A stretch of 64,000 bases of DNA from an uncultured Candidatus Binatia bacterium (GCA_965242525.1 OZ251459.1:448001-512000); one strand, 5' to 3'; positions 37,414 to 47,734 are shown, counted from the first letter of the stretch. Program-made: numbers and translations. Notes: a model not told the origin generated them from the sequence alone.

Positions 37414-38883
37414 TTACCCTCGGCTCGCTCGCTCCCGGATGGCGGGAACCGTCAGGGCGGCCACGATCAGGACGAACAGCACCACCACCCACGGCCGCGT
37501 GAGCCACGTCCAGCCGTAGGTCAGGATGGAGATGTACAGGTACTTCTCCACGGTGGAGCCCAGGACGAAGCCGATGATCAGGGGCGGCCGCGGCCATCCC
37601 AGCCGTTTCATGGACCAGCCCAGCAGTCCGAAGAAGAGGAAGCAGACCAGATCCGCCACGTGCCGGCGCGCCATGAAGGCGCCCAGGAACATGATGACCA
37701 GCAACACCGGCGCCAGGAGTTGCGCCCGGATGGTGGCGATGCGCGCCAGGTGGTCGGTGAACAGGAAGCAGGTGCCGGTGCCGATGACGTTGGCCAGGGC
37801 CAGGCTCCAGGCGATGGTGAAGATCACGTCCAGGTGCTGGTTCAGCATCTCGGGACCCGGGGCCAGCCCCTGTATCTCCATGGCGCCGAGGAACAGCGCC
37901 ATGCTCGTGCTTCCGGGGATGCCGAAGGCCAGGGTGGGGATCAGGCCGCCGCCGTCCTTGGCGTTGTTGGCGCTCTCCGGCGCGATCACCCCGCGCACGT
38001 CGCCGGCGCCGAAGCTGTCCGGGTTCTTCTCCGTGTGCAGCGCATGGCCGTAAGCGAACCAGTCCACCACCAGGGTGCCGAGGCCCGGGACGATGCCGAT
38101 CCACACTCCCAGGGCGCTGGAGCGGATCACCAGCCACCAGTGCCGGAACGCGTCCCGCACCCCCTCCCAGCGCCCCTTGAGTCGACCCAGGGCCGCGGCG
38201 TCGATGCTCTTGCCCGACACCAGCAGGTCCGTGGTCTCCGCCAGACCGAACAGCCCCAGGGAGAGGGGCACCACGTGGAACCCTTCCCACAGATAGACCT
38301 GGTCGAAGGTCCATCGCTCCACGCTGAGGATGGGGTCGGCGCCCACCGTGGCCAGAAGCAGCCCCGATCCTCCGGCCACCATCCCTTTCATGAGTGCGGC
38401 GCCGCTCAGGCTCGCCACCATGCACACCCCCAGCACCGCCATCATGAAGAACTCGGGGGAGCCGAAGGTGAGCACCAGCGGGCCGAGGACCGGGATGGAC
38501 AGGGTGAGCACCAGGGCGCCGAAGACGCCGCCCAGGGCCGACACCGTGAAGGCGGCGCCGAAGGCGCGCCCGGCCTCGCCGCGCTTGGCCATGGCGTGGC
38601 CGTCGAGGATGGTGGCCTGGGACCCCACTGTGCCCGGCACCGCGAACAGGACGGAAGGGATGGTGTCCGAGGTGGTGGTCACCGCCAGCATGCCGATGAT
38701 GAAGGCGAAGGCGGAAACCGGATCCATGTCGAAGGTGAAGGGGAGCAGCAGGGCCAGGCCGGTGACGCCCCCTATCCCCGGGACCACACCGAGCAGCAGA
38801 CCCAGCAAGACCCCGCCCAAGAGCATCAGGAGATGCGTCGGCACGAGGATCTGCAGGCTGGCCTGTGTGATGGCGTCGAGCAT
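37414..38883 (-). CDS. tctA: TctA permease
   Basis: GVVPGIGG, VPGTVGSQATILDGHAMA, APESANNAKDGG, GIPGS. Confidence 0.9.
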   Translation of the reverse strand: MLDAITQASLQILVPTHLLMLLGGVLLGLLLGVVPGIGGVTGLALLLPFTFDMDPVSAFAFIIGMLAVTTTSDTIPSVLFAVPGTVGSQATILDGHAMAKRGEAGRAFGAAFTVSALGGVFGALVLTLSIPVLGPLVLTFGSPEFFMMAVLGVCMVASLSGAALMKGMVAGGSGLLLATVGADPILSVERWTFDQVYLWEGFHVVPLSLGLFGLAETTDLLVSGKSIDAAALGRLKGRWEGVRDAFRHWWLVIRSSALGVWIGIVPGLGTLVVDWFAYGHALHTEKNPDSFGAGDVRGVIAPESANNAKDGGGLIPTLAFGIPGSTSMALFLGAMEIQGLAPGPEMLNQHLDVIFTIAWSLALANVIGTGTCFLFTDHLARIATIRAQLLAPVLLVIMFLGAFMARRHVADLVCFLFFGLLGWSMKRLGWPRPPLIIGFVLGSTVEKYLYISILTYGWTWLTRPWVVVLFVLIVAALTVPAIRERASRG

Positions 38884-38983
38884 GGATCGCCTGCCCGGCG
38901 GAACCCGGGGCCGGAGGGGTTCCCCACGGGCGTTCCGGGTGGACCGGGCCGGGGCGCGGACGGATCGCCGTCCCGTCCCGGAG

Positions 38984-40039
38984 TCAGCTCTCCTCGCCGT
39001 ACAGGTTCAGGCTCTCCATCACCGGGCGGTCCGTGACCGAGAAGAGGATAGCGGGCTCGGCACCGGACGCGTTGCGGAAGTGGTGCCAGTGCCAGGACGG
39101 CACGACGAAGCAGTCCTGCCGACTCCAGTTCATCGCGGCCCCCTCCTTCCGGTCCCGGCCGGCCACGGTGACGCCCTCTCCCTGCATCACGTGGTAGATG
39201 GTGCTGCCGGTATGGCGATGGCTCCGGGTGGCCTGACCGGGACGCAGCCACTGGACCCGGCAGTCGATGGTGGGCATGGTGGGGCCGCCGGTCACCGGGT
39301 TGGCGTATTGCAGGAGGACGCCGTCGAAGGGGTCGTCGTCTCCGGCCTCGGCCATGGCCTCCAGCACCGGCAGGGTGTCGCGCCACTTGTAGGTGTAGGG
39401 CAGCGCGCGGTTGCCGGGATGCTCGGTCCGGGGCCGCACCGGGCCCAGGCGGTGACGGCTGTAGCCTTCGGACTTGACCACGGGCTGGGCGGGTCCCTCT
39501 CCGTAGTTCTCGTGGAAGTTCGTGTCCAGGTGGTTCATCAGGTGGATGTCGAGCACGTCCAGCCACACGATGTTCCGCTCCCCGCGGTTGTAGTGGTCGT
39601 GCCACGTCCAACTCGGCGTCAGCACCAGGTCGCCGGGCTCCATGTGCATCTCCTCGCCCTCCACCGTGGTGTAGCCGGCGCCGTCCCCCTCCACCACGAA
39701 GCGCAGGGCCGCGGCGGTGTGTCGGTGGCACTCGGCGCGCTCTCCGGGCTTGACGAGCTGCACCGACATCTGGATGGTGCGGGTGGTGGACTTGAACGCG
39801 GTGAGACCGGGGTTCACCAACTGCACGGTGCGCCGTTTGGCCGCCTCGTCGATGTGGCCCAGTTGGACCACCTCGCCGGACTCCATGAGGCACGAGTGGA
39901 CCACCGGCCAGCGCCACAGGTGCGGCCGGAGCTCCGGGGGACGCTGGCGCGGCTGCCAGTGGCCGGCCAGGGAGTTCTCGGCCAGGGTCCGGTGCAGCGC
40001 CTCCAGGCGCGGGTCTTCGGCGTGGACTGCTTCACTCAT
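38984..40039 (-). CDS. Gentisate 1,2-dioxygenase-like bicupin
   Basis: LWRW, LVNPG, CHRHTAAALRF, TPSWTWHDH, LDVLD, SHRHT, VPSWHWH. Confidence 0.88.
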   Translation of the reverse strand: MSEAVHAEDPRLEALHRTLAENSLAGHWQPRQRPPELRPHLWRWPVVHSCLMESGEVVQLGHIDEAAKRRTVQLVNPGLTAFKSTTRTIQMSVQLVKPGERAECHRHTAAALRFVVEGDGAGYTTVEGEEMHMEPGDLVLTPSWTWHDHYNRGERNIVWLDVLDIHLMNHLDTNFHENYGEGPAQPVVKSEGYSRHRLGPVRPRTEHPGNRALPYTYKWRDTLPVLEAMAEAGDDDPFDGVLLQYANPVTGGPTMPTIDCRVQWLRPGQATRSHRHTGSTIYHVMQGEGVTVAGRDRKEGAAMNWSRQDCFVVPSWHWHHFRNASGAEPAILFSVTDRPVMESLNLYGEES

Positions 40040-40085
40040 GGTCGCCTCCTCGATGGTGCAACGGCGCCCCCGGCCCGCCGACGGC

Positions 40086-41042
40086 TCAGACGCCTTCGAG
40101 CGCCGCGGCCTCCGGATGGAAGAAGCTCCGATAGTCGAGCTTCGTGGGCGTCAGGCCGAACTGGTGTGCGAACTCCATCATGGCTTCCAGGGAAGGGACG
40201 TTGTCCCGGACGTTGTAGGACCAGTAGTCGTCCCCCATGGCCGCGCGCTGCTCGTCGATGGCGGCCGCCACCCACGAGGTGACGAGGACTTCGGGGTCGG
40301 AGCCGTAGAGCCGGTCGAAGGCCACGTCCCGGGCCCGTCGGTACGCCCGCAGCAGCGCCACCGGCGCCTCCGGATGCCGCTCCACGAACTCCTGCCTGAG
40401 GGTCACCATGTGGCTGATGGGGAAGATCCCGGTGGCCTCGAAGTAGGCCAGCTCTTCGGACTTGTAGTCGCGGAAGAGCCGGCGTACCCGGGGGTCCCGC
40501 CGGCTGATGGACGGCAGGACGTTGGGCTCGATGACCGCGTCCACCTCCCGCTCCAGCAGCATGGCGTCCAGGGCGTCGGCGTCCTGCGGCCCGGATATGT
40601 GGGGCAGGGGCTCCACCCGGACTTCCGGGGACCAGCTCTCGGCCTCGGGTCCGGGCATGCACCAGCGCACCCGGGTGAGGTCCACGCCGTAGTGGTTCTG
40701 CAGCGCGCCCCGGGCCCACACTCCCGCGGTGCTGCTGACGAACACCCGCTTGCCTTCCAGGTCCCGGGGCGACTCGATGCCCGAGGCGTCGTTCACGAAG
40801 ATGTAGGCGAGCCGGAACTTGCGGTTGGGGTAGGCCGGGATCGACACGTAGGGATGCTCGCCGCGCCCCTTGGTCCGCATGAGGCCGCCGAAGCTGGCGT
40901 CCCACGCGTCGATGGTCTCCGGGCTGCGAAAGTGGCTGACCTCCAGGTCGAATCCCTCTACGGTGACAGCGCCGTCCACCAACGGCCGGTTGGTGTCCAC
41001 CTCGGGCTCCCGGAAACCCATCCGCAACACGGGGTTCGCCAT
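40086..41042 (-). CDS. 4,5-dihydroxyphthalate decarboxylase-like protein
   Basis: PLVDGAVTVEG, IPAYPNRKFR..IFVN..SGI.SP.DLEGKRV, TAGVWARG, GIFPISH. Confidence 0.8.
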   Translation of the reverse strand: MANPVLRMGFREPEVDTNRPLVDGAVTVEGFDLEVSHFRSPETIDAWDASFGGLMRTKGRGEHPYVSIPAYPNRKFRLAYIFVNDASGIESPRDLEGKRVFVSSTAGVWARGALQNHYGVDLTRVRWCMPGPEAESWSPEVRVEPLPHISGPQDADALDAMLLEREVDAVIEPNVLPSISRRDPRVRRLFRDYKSEELAYFEATGIFPISHMVTLRQEFVERHPEAPVALLRAYRRARDVAFDRLYGSDPEVLVTSWVAAAIDEQRAAMGDDYWSYNVRDNVPSLEAMMEFAHQFGLTPTKLDYRSFFHPEAAALEGV

Positions 41043-41064
41043 GACGTTCTCTCCCCGGACGGCG

Positions 41065-42102
41065 TTACGCCCGCGCGCCGGAGCGGTGGTCCGCTTCCTC
41101 CTTCAGGAAGAAGCCGAGCCTGGTCTGGGCCGGCCAGTCGTCGATGGAGAAGAGGACGGACTCCCCCTCCGTGCCGTTCTCGTGATGGTGCCAGCTCCAC
41201 GCCGGAACCGCGAAGATGTCGCCCTGTCGCCATTCGAGGCGCTGGCCTTCGATGACCACTGCGCCGGCGCCTTCGAACGCATGGTAGAAGGTGTTGCTGT
41301 TGTGCCGGTGGCCGCGGGTCCTCTGTCCCGCCCGCAGCAGCGATGCATGCCAGGCGATGGTGGGCAGGGTGGGGCCGCCGTCCACCGGGCTGGCCAGCAT
41401 CAGGTGGACCCCGTCGCAGGGGTCCTCTTCTCCCGCTTCCTGCAGAGCGGCGAGCGCGGCCCGGGTCTCCTCCCACGGATAGTGCATGGGCGGCAGGGGG
41501 AAAGGCGCCTCCCCGGTCACGGGTCGGGCGAGGCCGCGGGTGCGGACGCCGTACTGCGGGGGCTTGCGGACGTCCTGGTAGGGCCGGTCCTCCGGCAGCC
41601 GCTCGTTCAGGTTCACGCCGCCGTTGTACCCGTTGTCGTAACCGTCCACGTACAGGGCCGGCGCCGAGCCTCGGTTCCAGTGGTCGTGGAAGGTCCAGGA
41701 GGGGCTGATGACGACGTCCCCCCGATTCATGGGAAAGGCTTCGTACTGGCACACGAACACGGCGTCCCGGGGCGCTTGGCACACCAGCCGGGTCTCGTTC
41801 CGCATGTTGCGGTGTCCCTGGGTGCGCTCTCCGGGCATGAGGATCTGCACGTTCATCCAGATGGGGAAGCGGCGCGCCTCGATGCCGGTCACGGAGCGCA
41901 TGCCGGTCATGCCTCCGGGTCCCACGGTGACGATCTCGCCGGAGCGCATGAGTCCCTTGTAGATGTCGTCCCAGCGCCAGTGGGCCGCGGCGGGTCCGGT
42001 GCGGGATGGCGCCGCGTCGTCGCGTTGCAACCCCGCGCCCACCAAGTGGTGCTCGGCCAGGAACCGCCCCAGGTCCTGATGCGTGGCGCCGACGTCGCTC
42101 AT
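41065..42102 (-). CDS. Gentisate 1,2-dioxygenase-like bicupin (divergent first metal site)
   Basis: HWRW, GHRN where HRH is usual, SPSWTFHDH, GHRHNS, VPAWSWHHH. Confidence 0.82.
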   Translation of the reverse strand: MSDVGATHQDLGRFLAEHHLVGAGLQRDDAAPSRTGPAAAHWRWDDIYKGLMRSGEIVTVGPGGMTGMRSVTGIEARRFPIWMNVQILMPGERTQGHRNMRNETRLVCQAPRDAVFVCQYEAFPMNRGDVVISPSWTFHDHWNRGSAPALYVDGYDNGYNGGVNLNERLPEDRPYQDVRKPPQYGVRTRGLARPVTGEAPFPLPPMHYPWEETRAALAALQEAGEEDPCDGVHLMLASPVDGGPTLPTIAWHASLLRAGQRTRGHRHNSNTFYHAFEGAGAVVIEGQRLEWRQGDIFAVPAWSWHHHENGTEGESVLFSIDDWPAQTRLGFFLKEEADHRSGARA

Positions 42103-42109
42103 GGGGCTC

Positions 42110-43264
42110 CTATCCGTCCAGGTGGAAGTACCGCACGCAGTTGTCCACGAGCATGGCCTGCCTCTCGTGGGCGGGCACCCCCTCGAAGTCCCGTTCCATG
42201 ACCTCGATGGAGTGCGGGTACTCGCTGGCGGCGTGGGCGAAGTCCGTGCCCCACATGAGCTTGTCGTAGCCGATGCACTCGCGCCGTTTGATGCCGATGG
42301 GGTCGTGCAGGAATCCCCAGTAGTTGTGCTTCCGCAGGTACTCGCTGGGCTTCCGTTCCAGGTAGCGGAGTCCCCAGAACTCGCGGATCATGGGCATGTA
42401 GCGCTGGTAATGGTCGTCTATCTGCCACAGGCCGTACTCGAACCAGCCGATCATGGTCTCGGCCCAGTACATCTTCAAACCGGGGAAGCGGTCCCACACG
42501 CCGGCGAAGGCCATCTGGGTGGCGCCCACCATGGCGCTGTTGGTGAAGCGGAAGAAGTAGTTCATGGGCTCCTTTACGTGGACGTCGGGACCGGGACTGC
42601 GTTCGTAGGGAAACGCCGGTTCGCCGTTGCCGGAGCCCATGTTGCCGGTGTTGTGGTTGGTCAACGCCACGCCCAAGTCCAGGGCCGCCTCCCAGAAGCG
42701 GTCGTCGTCGGCCGTGGGATGGCCCCGGCCGCTGGGGAAGCGGTCGAGCTTGACCCCCTTGAGCCCCAGGTCGGCGCAGTGCCGGAGCTCCCGGAGGGCG
42801 TCGTCTGCGCCGCTGGTCGGGATCACGCCCATGGGGATGATGCGGTCCGGCGCCGGCGCCATGTATTCCTCGGCCAGGAACTCGTTGTAGGCGCGCAGCA
42901 GCTCCCGGTAGAGGTCCCGGTCCGCGGCCTGCTCCAGGACGAAGGAGATCTGGGAGAAGACCACCTCGGCGTCGATGCCGTCCCGGTCCTGTTCCTCGAG
43001 TCGCTGCTCCGGCGGCCCGGTGCCGGCACAGGTCTCGAAAGTCGGCACCTGTGTGGCCATCTCTTCCTTGTTGACCCGGACGCTTCGTGTGACGCCGATG
43101 GTGTTGGGCTTGCCGCCATCCACCACCACCGCGTCCGAGCCGTTGGGCATCTTGACCCTCCGGGGCGCCCGGTCCCGCCACTTGGCCGCCACCCGGTCCC
43201 GCCATATGTCCGGGTTCAGGTCGATGTGGCCGTCCGCGGATATCACGTTGTACTCACGCGCCAT
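42110..43264 (-). CDS. Amidohydrolase family protein
   Basis: ISADGH, DRDGIDAEV, RAYNEFL, MWGTDFAH. Confidence 0.88.
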   Translation of the reverse strand: MAREYNVISADGHIDLNPDIWRDRVAAKWRDRAPRRVKMPNGSDAVVVDGGKPNTIGVTRSVRVNKEEMATQVPTFETCAGTGPPEQRLEEQDRDGIDAEVVFSQISFVLEQAADRDLYRELLRAYNEFLAEEYMAPAPDRIIPMGVIPTSGADDALRELRHCADLGLKGVKLDRFPSGRGHPTADDDRFWEAALDLGVALTNHNTGNMGSGNGEPAFPYERSPGPDVHVKEPMNYFFRFTNSAMVGATQMAFAGVWDRFPGLKMYWAETMIGWFEYGLWQIDDHYQRYMPMIREFWGLRYLERKPSEYLRKHNYWGFLHDPIGIKRRECIGYDKLMWGTDFAHAASEYPHSIEVMERDFEGVPAHERQAMLVDNCVRYFHLDG

Positions 43265-43572
43265 GAGCCGCTCCCTTGCGGAGGATTTTCCCGCCCTCCC
43301 CAACGCCGTTGCGAACTCATAGTATCTTTTTCCAGGGCTGACAACCCGTGTTGGCGCCCTTTTTCCGTCCCGGGTTCGCCATGCTTTTCGTCGTTGCATC
43401 CATCGCCGTCCTCGCAAGGGCGTTGAGTGTCTTCCATCGAGGATGATAAGCTGATAGGGAGGGTTTCGGAAGAGGGTGACGCATGGCGGCATGCGCCGCG
43501 GCTGGCCGACGCCTTCGGGATGCGACGCGGGGACAGTCGGGTGCGCACGCGCCGGAAGGGAGGTTCCCTGGC

Positions 43573-44079
43573 ATGGCGGAATACGGATTCGATACGCTGG
43601 AGGCGGCAGAGGCATTGGCTGCGGCCGGCATGGCGGAAGCCCATGCCAAGGCCATCGCCGTGACCATGCGCAAGGCGGTCACGCAAGGCGTGGCCACGAG
43701 CGGCGACGTCCGGCGCGTGGAAGACCGGATGGCGAGCCTCGAAGACCGGATAGCGACGGTCGAAGAGAACATGGCGACCAAGGCCGACGTCCGGCGCGTG
43801 GAAGACCGGATGGCGAGCCTCGAAGACCGGATGGCGACGGTCGAAGAGAACATGGCGACCAAGGCCGATCTCAGGCGTCTCGAAGACAAGATAGCGACGG
43901 TCGAAGAGAACGGGGCGACCAAGGCGGATCTCATGCGTCTCCAGGACGGGATGACCAACATCGAGGTCCGTGTCGATAACAAGCTCGCCCGTCTCGAGAC
44001 CCGGCTCGTGCTGACGGTCTTCGGGGCGGCGGGGTTGCTGTTCGCCGCCTTGAAGCTGTTTCCCGCGGGCGCGCCTTGA
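43573..44079 (+). CDS. DUF1640/CCDC90-like coiled-coil membrane-anchored protein
   Basis: FDTLEAAEALAAAGM.E..AKAI head, repeated ATKAD beta-layer motifs, C-terminal TM helix. Confidence 0.8.
   Translation: MAEYGFDTLEAAEALAAAGMAEAHAKAIAVTMRKAVTQGVATSGDVRRVEDRMASLEDRIATVEENMATKADVRRVEDRMASLEDRMATVEENMATKADLRRLEDKIATVEENGATKADLMRLQDGMTNIEVRVDNKLARLETRLVLTVFGAAGLLFAALKLFPAGAP
43705..43926 (+). repeat. Intragenic tandem repeats (2 x 81 bp near-identical, then a 60-bp derivative)
   Basis: DVRRVEDRMASLEDR(I/M)ATVEENMATKA twice, then DLRRLEDKIATVEENGATKA. Confidence 0.85.
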
Positions 44080-44132
44080 CGCGGTTTCGGGATCGAGCCT
44101 GCAAGGACGGACGGCGGAGGAGGCGCCCGGTC

Positions 44133-44986
44133 ATGACGAAACGGGAAATCCTGGAAACCCCGGCGGATTCGGTGGAGGCGGTGGTGAACTACCTGCTGGA
44201 CACGGGGGTGAAGCCCGTCACCCACACCGCGGAGTTCGGCGCCACTCCGGTGGAGCGCTCCGGGACCTTCGAACCCCGCACGGTGACGGTCCACAACGCG
44301 CGTCCCGCGGCGGACGGTCTGTCGCTGGAGCGGGAAGGGTTCGTCTTCGTGCGCCACGATACCCGCGTGGCCGACTTCTACGACGAGGAACAGGTCCGCT
44401 CCGTTTACTACCCGGAGGTGGACGCTCTGGTGAAGCGACTGACCGGCGCCTCCCGGGTCGTCATCTTCGACCATACCCTGAGGGCCCAGGACGACGGTCT
44501 CCGGGCCGAGAAGAAGGTCCGGGAGCCGAACCGGTCCGTGCACAACGACTACACCGAGTGGTCGGCGCCCAGGCGGGTCCGGGACCTCCTGCCCGAAGAC
44601 GAGGCGGAGGCGCTGCTCCGGGGCCGGTTCGCCATCGTCCAGGTGTGGCGGCCGATCCGGAACCCGGTGCGGACCAACCCCCTCGCCATCGCCGACGCGC
44701 GCACCCTCTGGAGCCGCGGGACCTGGTCCCGGCCCAGCGCAGCTATCCCGACCGCGTGGGCGAGACCTACCGGATCACCTACAACCCTGCCCACCGCTGG
44801 TTCTACTTCCCGGCCATGACGCGGAACGAGGCCATCGTCTTCAAGGTCTTCGATTCCGAGAAGGACGGGCGGGCGCGGTTCACCGCCCACACTTCCTTCG
44901 ACGACCCCGCCAGCCCGCCGGGGGCGCCGGCCCGGGAGAGCATCGAGATGCGGACGCTGGCGTTCTTCGAGGCGCCGGCGTCGTGA
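44133..44986 (+). pseudogene. CmcJ/NvfI-like oxidoreductase paralogue, frameshifted near 44706-44709
   Basis: Homology to 635-1483 runs in one frame to ADART and continues in another (LEPRDLVP...RESIEMRTLAFF). ACC CTCTG GAG has an extra CT. Confidence 0.8.
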
Positions 44987-45044
44987 CGCGGGAGGCGCGC
45001 CGTGGGGAGGCAGGGGCCTCGACCGGCGGCCCCGGGGAGCGAAC

Positions 45045-45938
45045 ATGGAAAGCCTGAGAGGCATCTACATCCCGTTGCCGACGCCGTTCACCGACGCCGG
45101 CGCGGTGGACGAGGGCGCGGTCCTGGCGCTGGCGGACTTCTACGTGGAAGCCGGCGTCCACGGCCTGTTCGTGCTGGGCACCTTCGGCCAGGGTCCGGCG
45201 CTGACCCCGGACGAACGCAAGCGCACCGCGAAGCTCGTCATCGACCGGGTGGCCGGACGCATTCCGGTGGTGGTCCACGCGGGCGCCGCGGACACGCCCA
45301 CCACCATCCACCTGTCCCTGGACGCCAGGGACCGGGGGGCCGACGTGGTGGGCGTGGTGCCGCCTTATTATTTCGACCACCTGGACGACGAGGTGCTCGC
45401 CCACTACGTCAAGGTATATGAGGCCATCCGGTATCCGATGTTCATCTACAACAACGCGGTGAACAGCGGCTATCGCATGACCGCGCCGTGGACGGCGCAG
45501 TTGGCCCGGGAAGTCCCGGAAGCCTGCGGCATCAAGATGTCGTTCATCCCGCTGGAGCAGCAACTGGCCTTCGTGCGCGCGCTGCCCGCGAGCTGCGCGG
45601 TGTTCTCGGGCTCCGCCACCCTCCTCATGCCGGGGGCCTTGTGGGGCCTTGCCGGATCCATCCACCCGCTGACCGTGGCCGTGCCCGAGCTGCTGGTGAA
45701 CCTCTGGGACGCCACCCTGGCGGGCAGGCTCCGGGAGGCGGTGGAGCTGCAGCGGCGGGTGGTCGAGTTCACCGCGGTGGTCAGCGACCTCCAGCGGGTG
45801 GTGGGCCGCTCGGTGCTGCGGGAGTCCCTCAAGCTGCGGGACCTGCCGGTGGTGTCTTTCCCCAGGTGGCCCACCAGGGACATGAGCAGCGAGCAGGCGG
45901 CCAGGTTGAAGAACGCGCTGGCCGCGGCCCGGGACTGA
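45045..45938 (+). CDS. DHDPS/NAL-family aldolase or lyase
   Basis: TPF, GLFVLGTFGQ, PPYY, IYNN, GIKMS. Confidence 0.88.
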   Translation: MESLRGIYIPLPTPFTDAGAVDEGAVLALADFYVEAGVHGLFVLGTFGQGPALTPDERKRTAKLVIDRVAGRIPVVVHAGAADTPTTIHLSLDARDRGADVVGVVPPYYFDHLDDEVLAHYVKVYEAIRYPMFIYNNAVNSGYRMTAPWTAQLAREVPEACGIKMSFIPLEQQLAFVRALPASCAVFSGSATLLMPGALWGLAGSIHPLTVAVPELLVNLWDATLAGRLREAVELQRRVVEFTAVVSDLQRVVGRSVLRESLKLRDLPVVSFPRWPTRDMSSEQAARLKNALAAARD

Positions 45939-45996
45939 CGGGGACGGGCGCAGCCATGGCCGGACCGGCGATGTCCGGGCGTCGGAGGGAACCGCT

Positions 45997-46704
45997 ATGA
46001 ATCCGAAGGAATGGCGCAAGGAGCTCGGAGGGATCGTCCGGGAGTTCTTCCTCTCGCCGGAGATGGCCCAGTTCTACGGCACGAAGGTCACCCTGGAGCG
46101 GGCGCGGCTCTACCTGTCGCAACTGGGGATCTACGTCCGGCAACGGCGGCACTACTGGCCCCAGGTGGCCGCCAACTGTCCGGAGTTCGTGGTGAAGCAG
46201 CGGATCCTGTCCCACGAGTACGAGGAGCTGGTGGAGGACGAGTACTCCTCCGCGGGACACTTGGACCTGATCTTCCGGCAGGGGAGGGAAGTGGGCCTCA
46301 GCGAGCGGGAGGTGCTGGACGCCGAGCCCCTGCCCACCACCCGGGCGGCCATCTACGGCTGGTGGTGGATCGCCCGGACCCGCCCGTGGCAGGAGGCGCT
46401 GGCCGCGTCCACCATCGCCGAGTGGACCAACGACGACCGCCTGTTGGGGGACATCGGCGGCGGCAACTGCGGCCGGCTCTACGAGAGCTGGAGCCGCGAC
46501 CTGGACTTCACCGACGAGCAGATGCCCAACTTCACCGCCCATCGGGCCGCGGACGAGAAGCACTCGGAACTGTTCCTGGACATCTTCGAGCGCTTCGTGC
46601 CCGCGGGCGCGGAGGAGAGCCTGCTGAAGACCGCCAGGGAGTCCATGGACATCCACCGGGCCTATTTCGGAGGCATGGCCGCGGCCATGGCGCGGCTGTC
46701 GTGA
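45997..46704 (+). CDS. Heme-oxygenase-like diiron enzyme (CADD/PqqC/TenA-like)
   Basis: Helical protein with EYEE...GH, IAEW and HRAADEKH ligand pattern. Confidence 0.72.
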   Translation: MNPKEWRKELGGIVREFFLSPEMAQFYGTKVTLERARLYLSQLGIYVRQRRHYWPQVAANCPEFVVKQRILSHEYEELVEDEYSSAGHLDLIFRQGREVGLSEREVLDAEPLPTTRAAIYGWWWIARTRPWQEALAASTIAEWTNDDRLLGDIGGGNCGRLYESWSRDLDFTDEQMPNFTAHRAADEKHSELFLDIFERFVPAGAEESLLKTARESMDIHRAYFGGMAAAMARLS

Positions 46705-46717
46705 GCGGGGGCGGCGG

Positions 46718-47719
46718 ATGAAGAGGGACCTGGAAGACCTGAACGAATCGCTGGCGCGGCGCGACCTGTCGGGCTTCTGGAACACGCGCATCCCCGAGCA
46801 CCGGGACGAAGCGCCCTATTTGTGGAAGTGGCGGGAGGTCTATCCGTGCCTCATGGACGCCCGAGAGTCCGTGGGGCTGGAGTTGGCGGAGCGCCGGGCC
46901 ATACGGCTGGTGAACCCCCAGAACCCGATCCGGGCCACGTCCCGGACCCTGCTCTTCACCTTTTCCGTGGTGAACCCCGGCGAGGTGGCGCGGCCGCACC
47001 GGCACAACATGGCCGCGGTCCGCTTCGTGGTGAAGGGGAGCGGCGCCTTCACCCTGGTGGAGGGGGAGCGGTTCCCCATGGGCGAGGGCGACCTGGTCCT
47101 CACCCCCAACTGGACTTGGCACGAGCACCACAACCGGTCCGACGAGCCCATCGTCTGGCTCGACGGCTTGGACGGTCCCCTCGTCAACGCGTTGAACGTG
47201 CTCTTCTTCGAGAACCACGACCGGGACACCCAGGGGGTGACCCGGTCCGATGGCCACGCCCTGCGGCGGTTCGGCTTCGCCCGGCCGCCGTCCCGCCCGG
47301 ACTCTCCGGGCCGGGGCCTGCCGTTCCGCTACCGCTGGGAGGACACCCATGCCTCCTTGCGGGAGGTGGAGGACCGGGACGCGGACCCTTTCGACGGCCA
47401 CTTGGTCCGCTACGTCAACCCCGCCACCGGCGGCTACACCCTGGCCACCATGTCCTGCGAGGCGCAGCTCCTGAAGCCGGGCTGGTCCACCGGCGCCCAC
47501 CGCCACACCAGCACCGCCCTCTACCACGTGTTCCGCGGCTGCGGCCGCACCGCGGTGGGGGAGGGCTTCCTCGAATGGGAGCAGGGCGACTCGTTCATGG
47601 TCCCCAACTGGCAGTGGCACCGTCACGAGAACCCCTTCGACCGGGAGGCGGTGCTCTTCTCCATCAACGACCGCCCGGTGCTGGAGGCCCTGGAGCTCTA
47701 CCGGGAAGAAGCGTCGTGA
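46718..47719 (+). CDS. Gentisate 1,2-dioxygenase-like bicupin
   Basis: LWKW, AERR.IRLVNP, PHRH, TPNWTWHEH, LDGLD, AHRHT. Confidence 0.88.
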   Translation: MKRDLEDLNESLARRDLSGFWNTRIPEHRDEAPYLWKWREVYPCLMDARESVGLELAERRAIRLVNPQNPIRATSRTLLFTFSVVNPGEVARPHRHNMAAVRFVVKGSGAFTLVEGERFPMGEGDLVLTPNWTWHEHHNRSDEPIVWLDGLDGPLVNALNVLFFENHDRDTQGVTRSDGHALRRFGFARPPSRPDSPGRGLPFRYRWEDTHASLREVEDRDADPFDGHLVRYVNPATGGYTLATMSCEAQLLKPGWSTGAHRHTSTALYHVFRGCGRTAVGEGFLEWEQGDSFMVPNWQWHRHENPFDREAVLFSINDRPVLEALELYREEAS

Positions 47720-47734
47720 CCGGGAGGCGACCCC

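Noticed and set aside
43705-43926. Non-coding repeat array or DGR-like template/variable repeat pair
   Set aside because: The repeats are in frame within a coiled-coil CDS, there is no pattern of adenine-specific variation, and no reverse transcriptase is present in the window.
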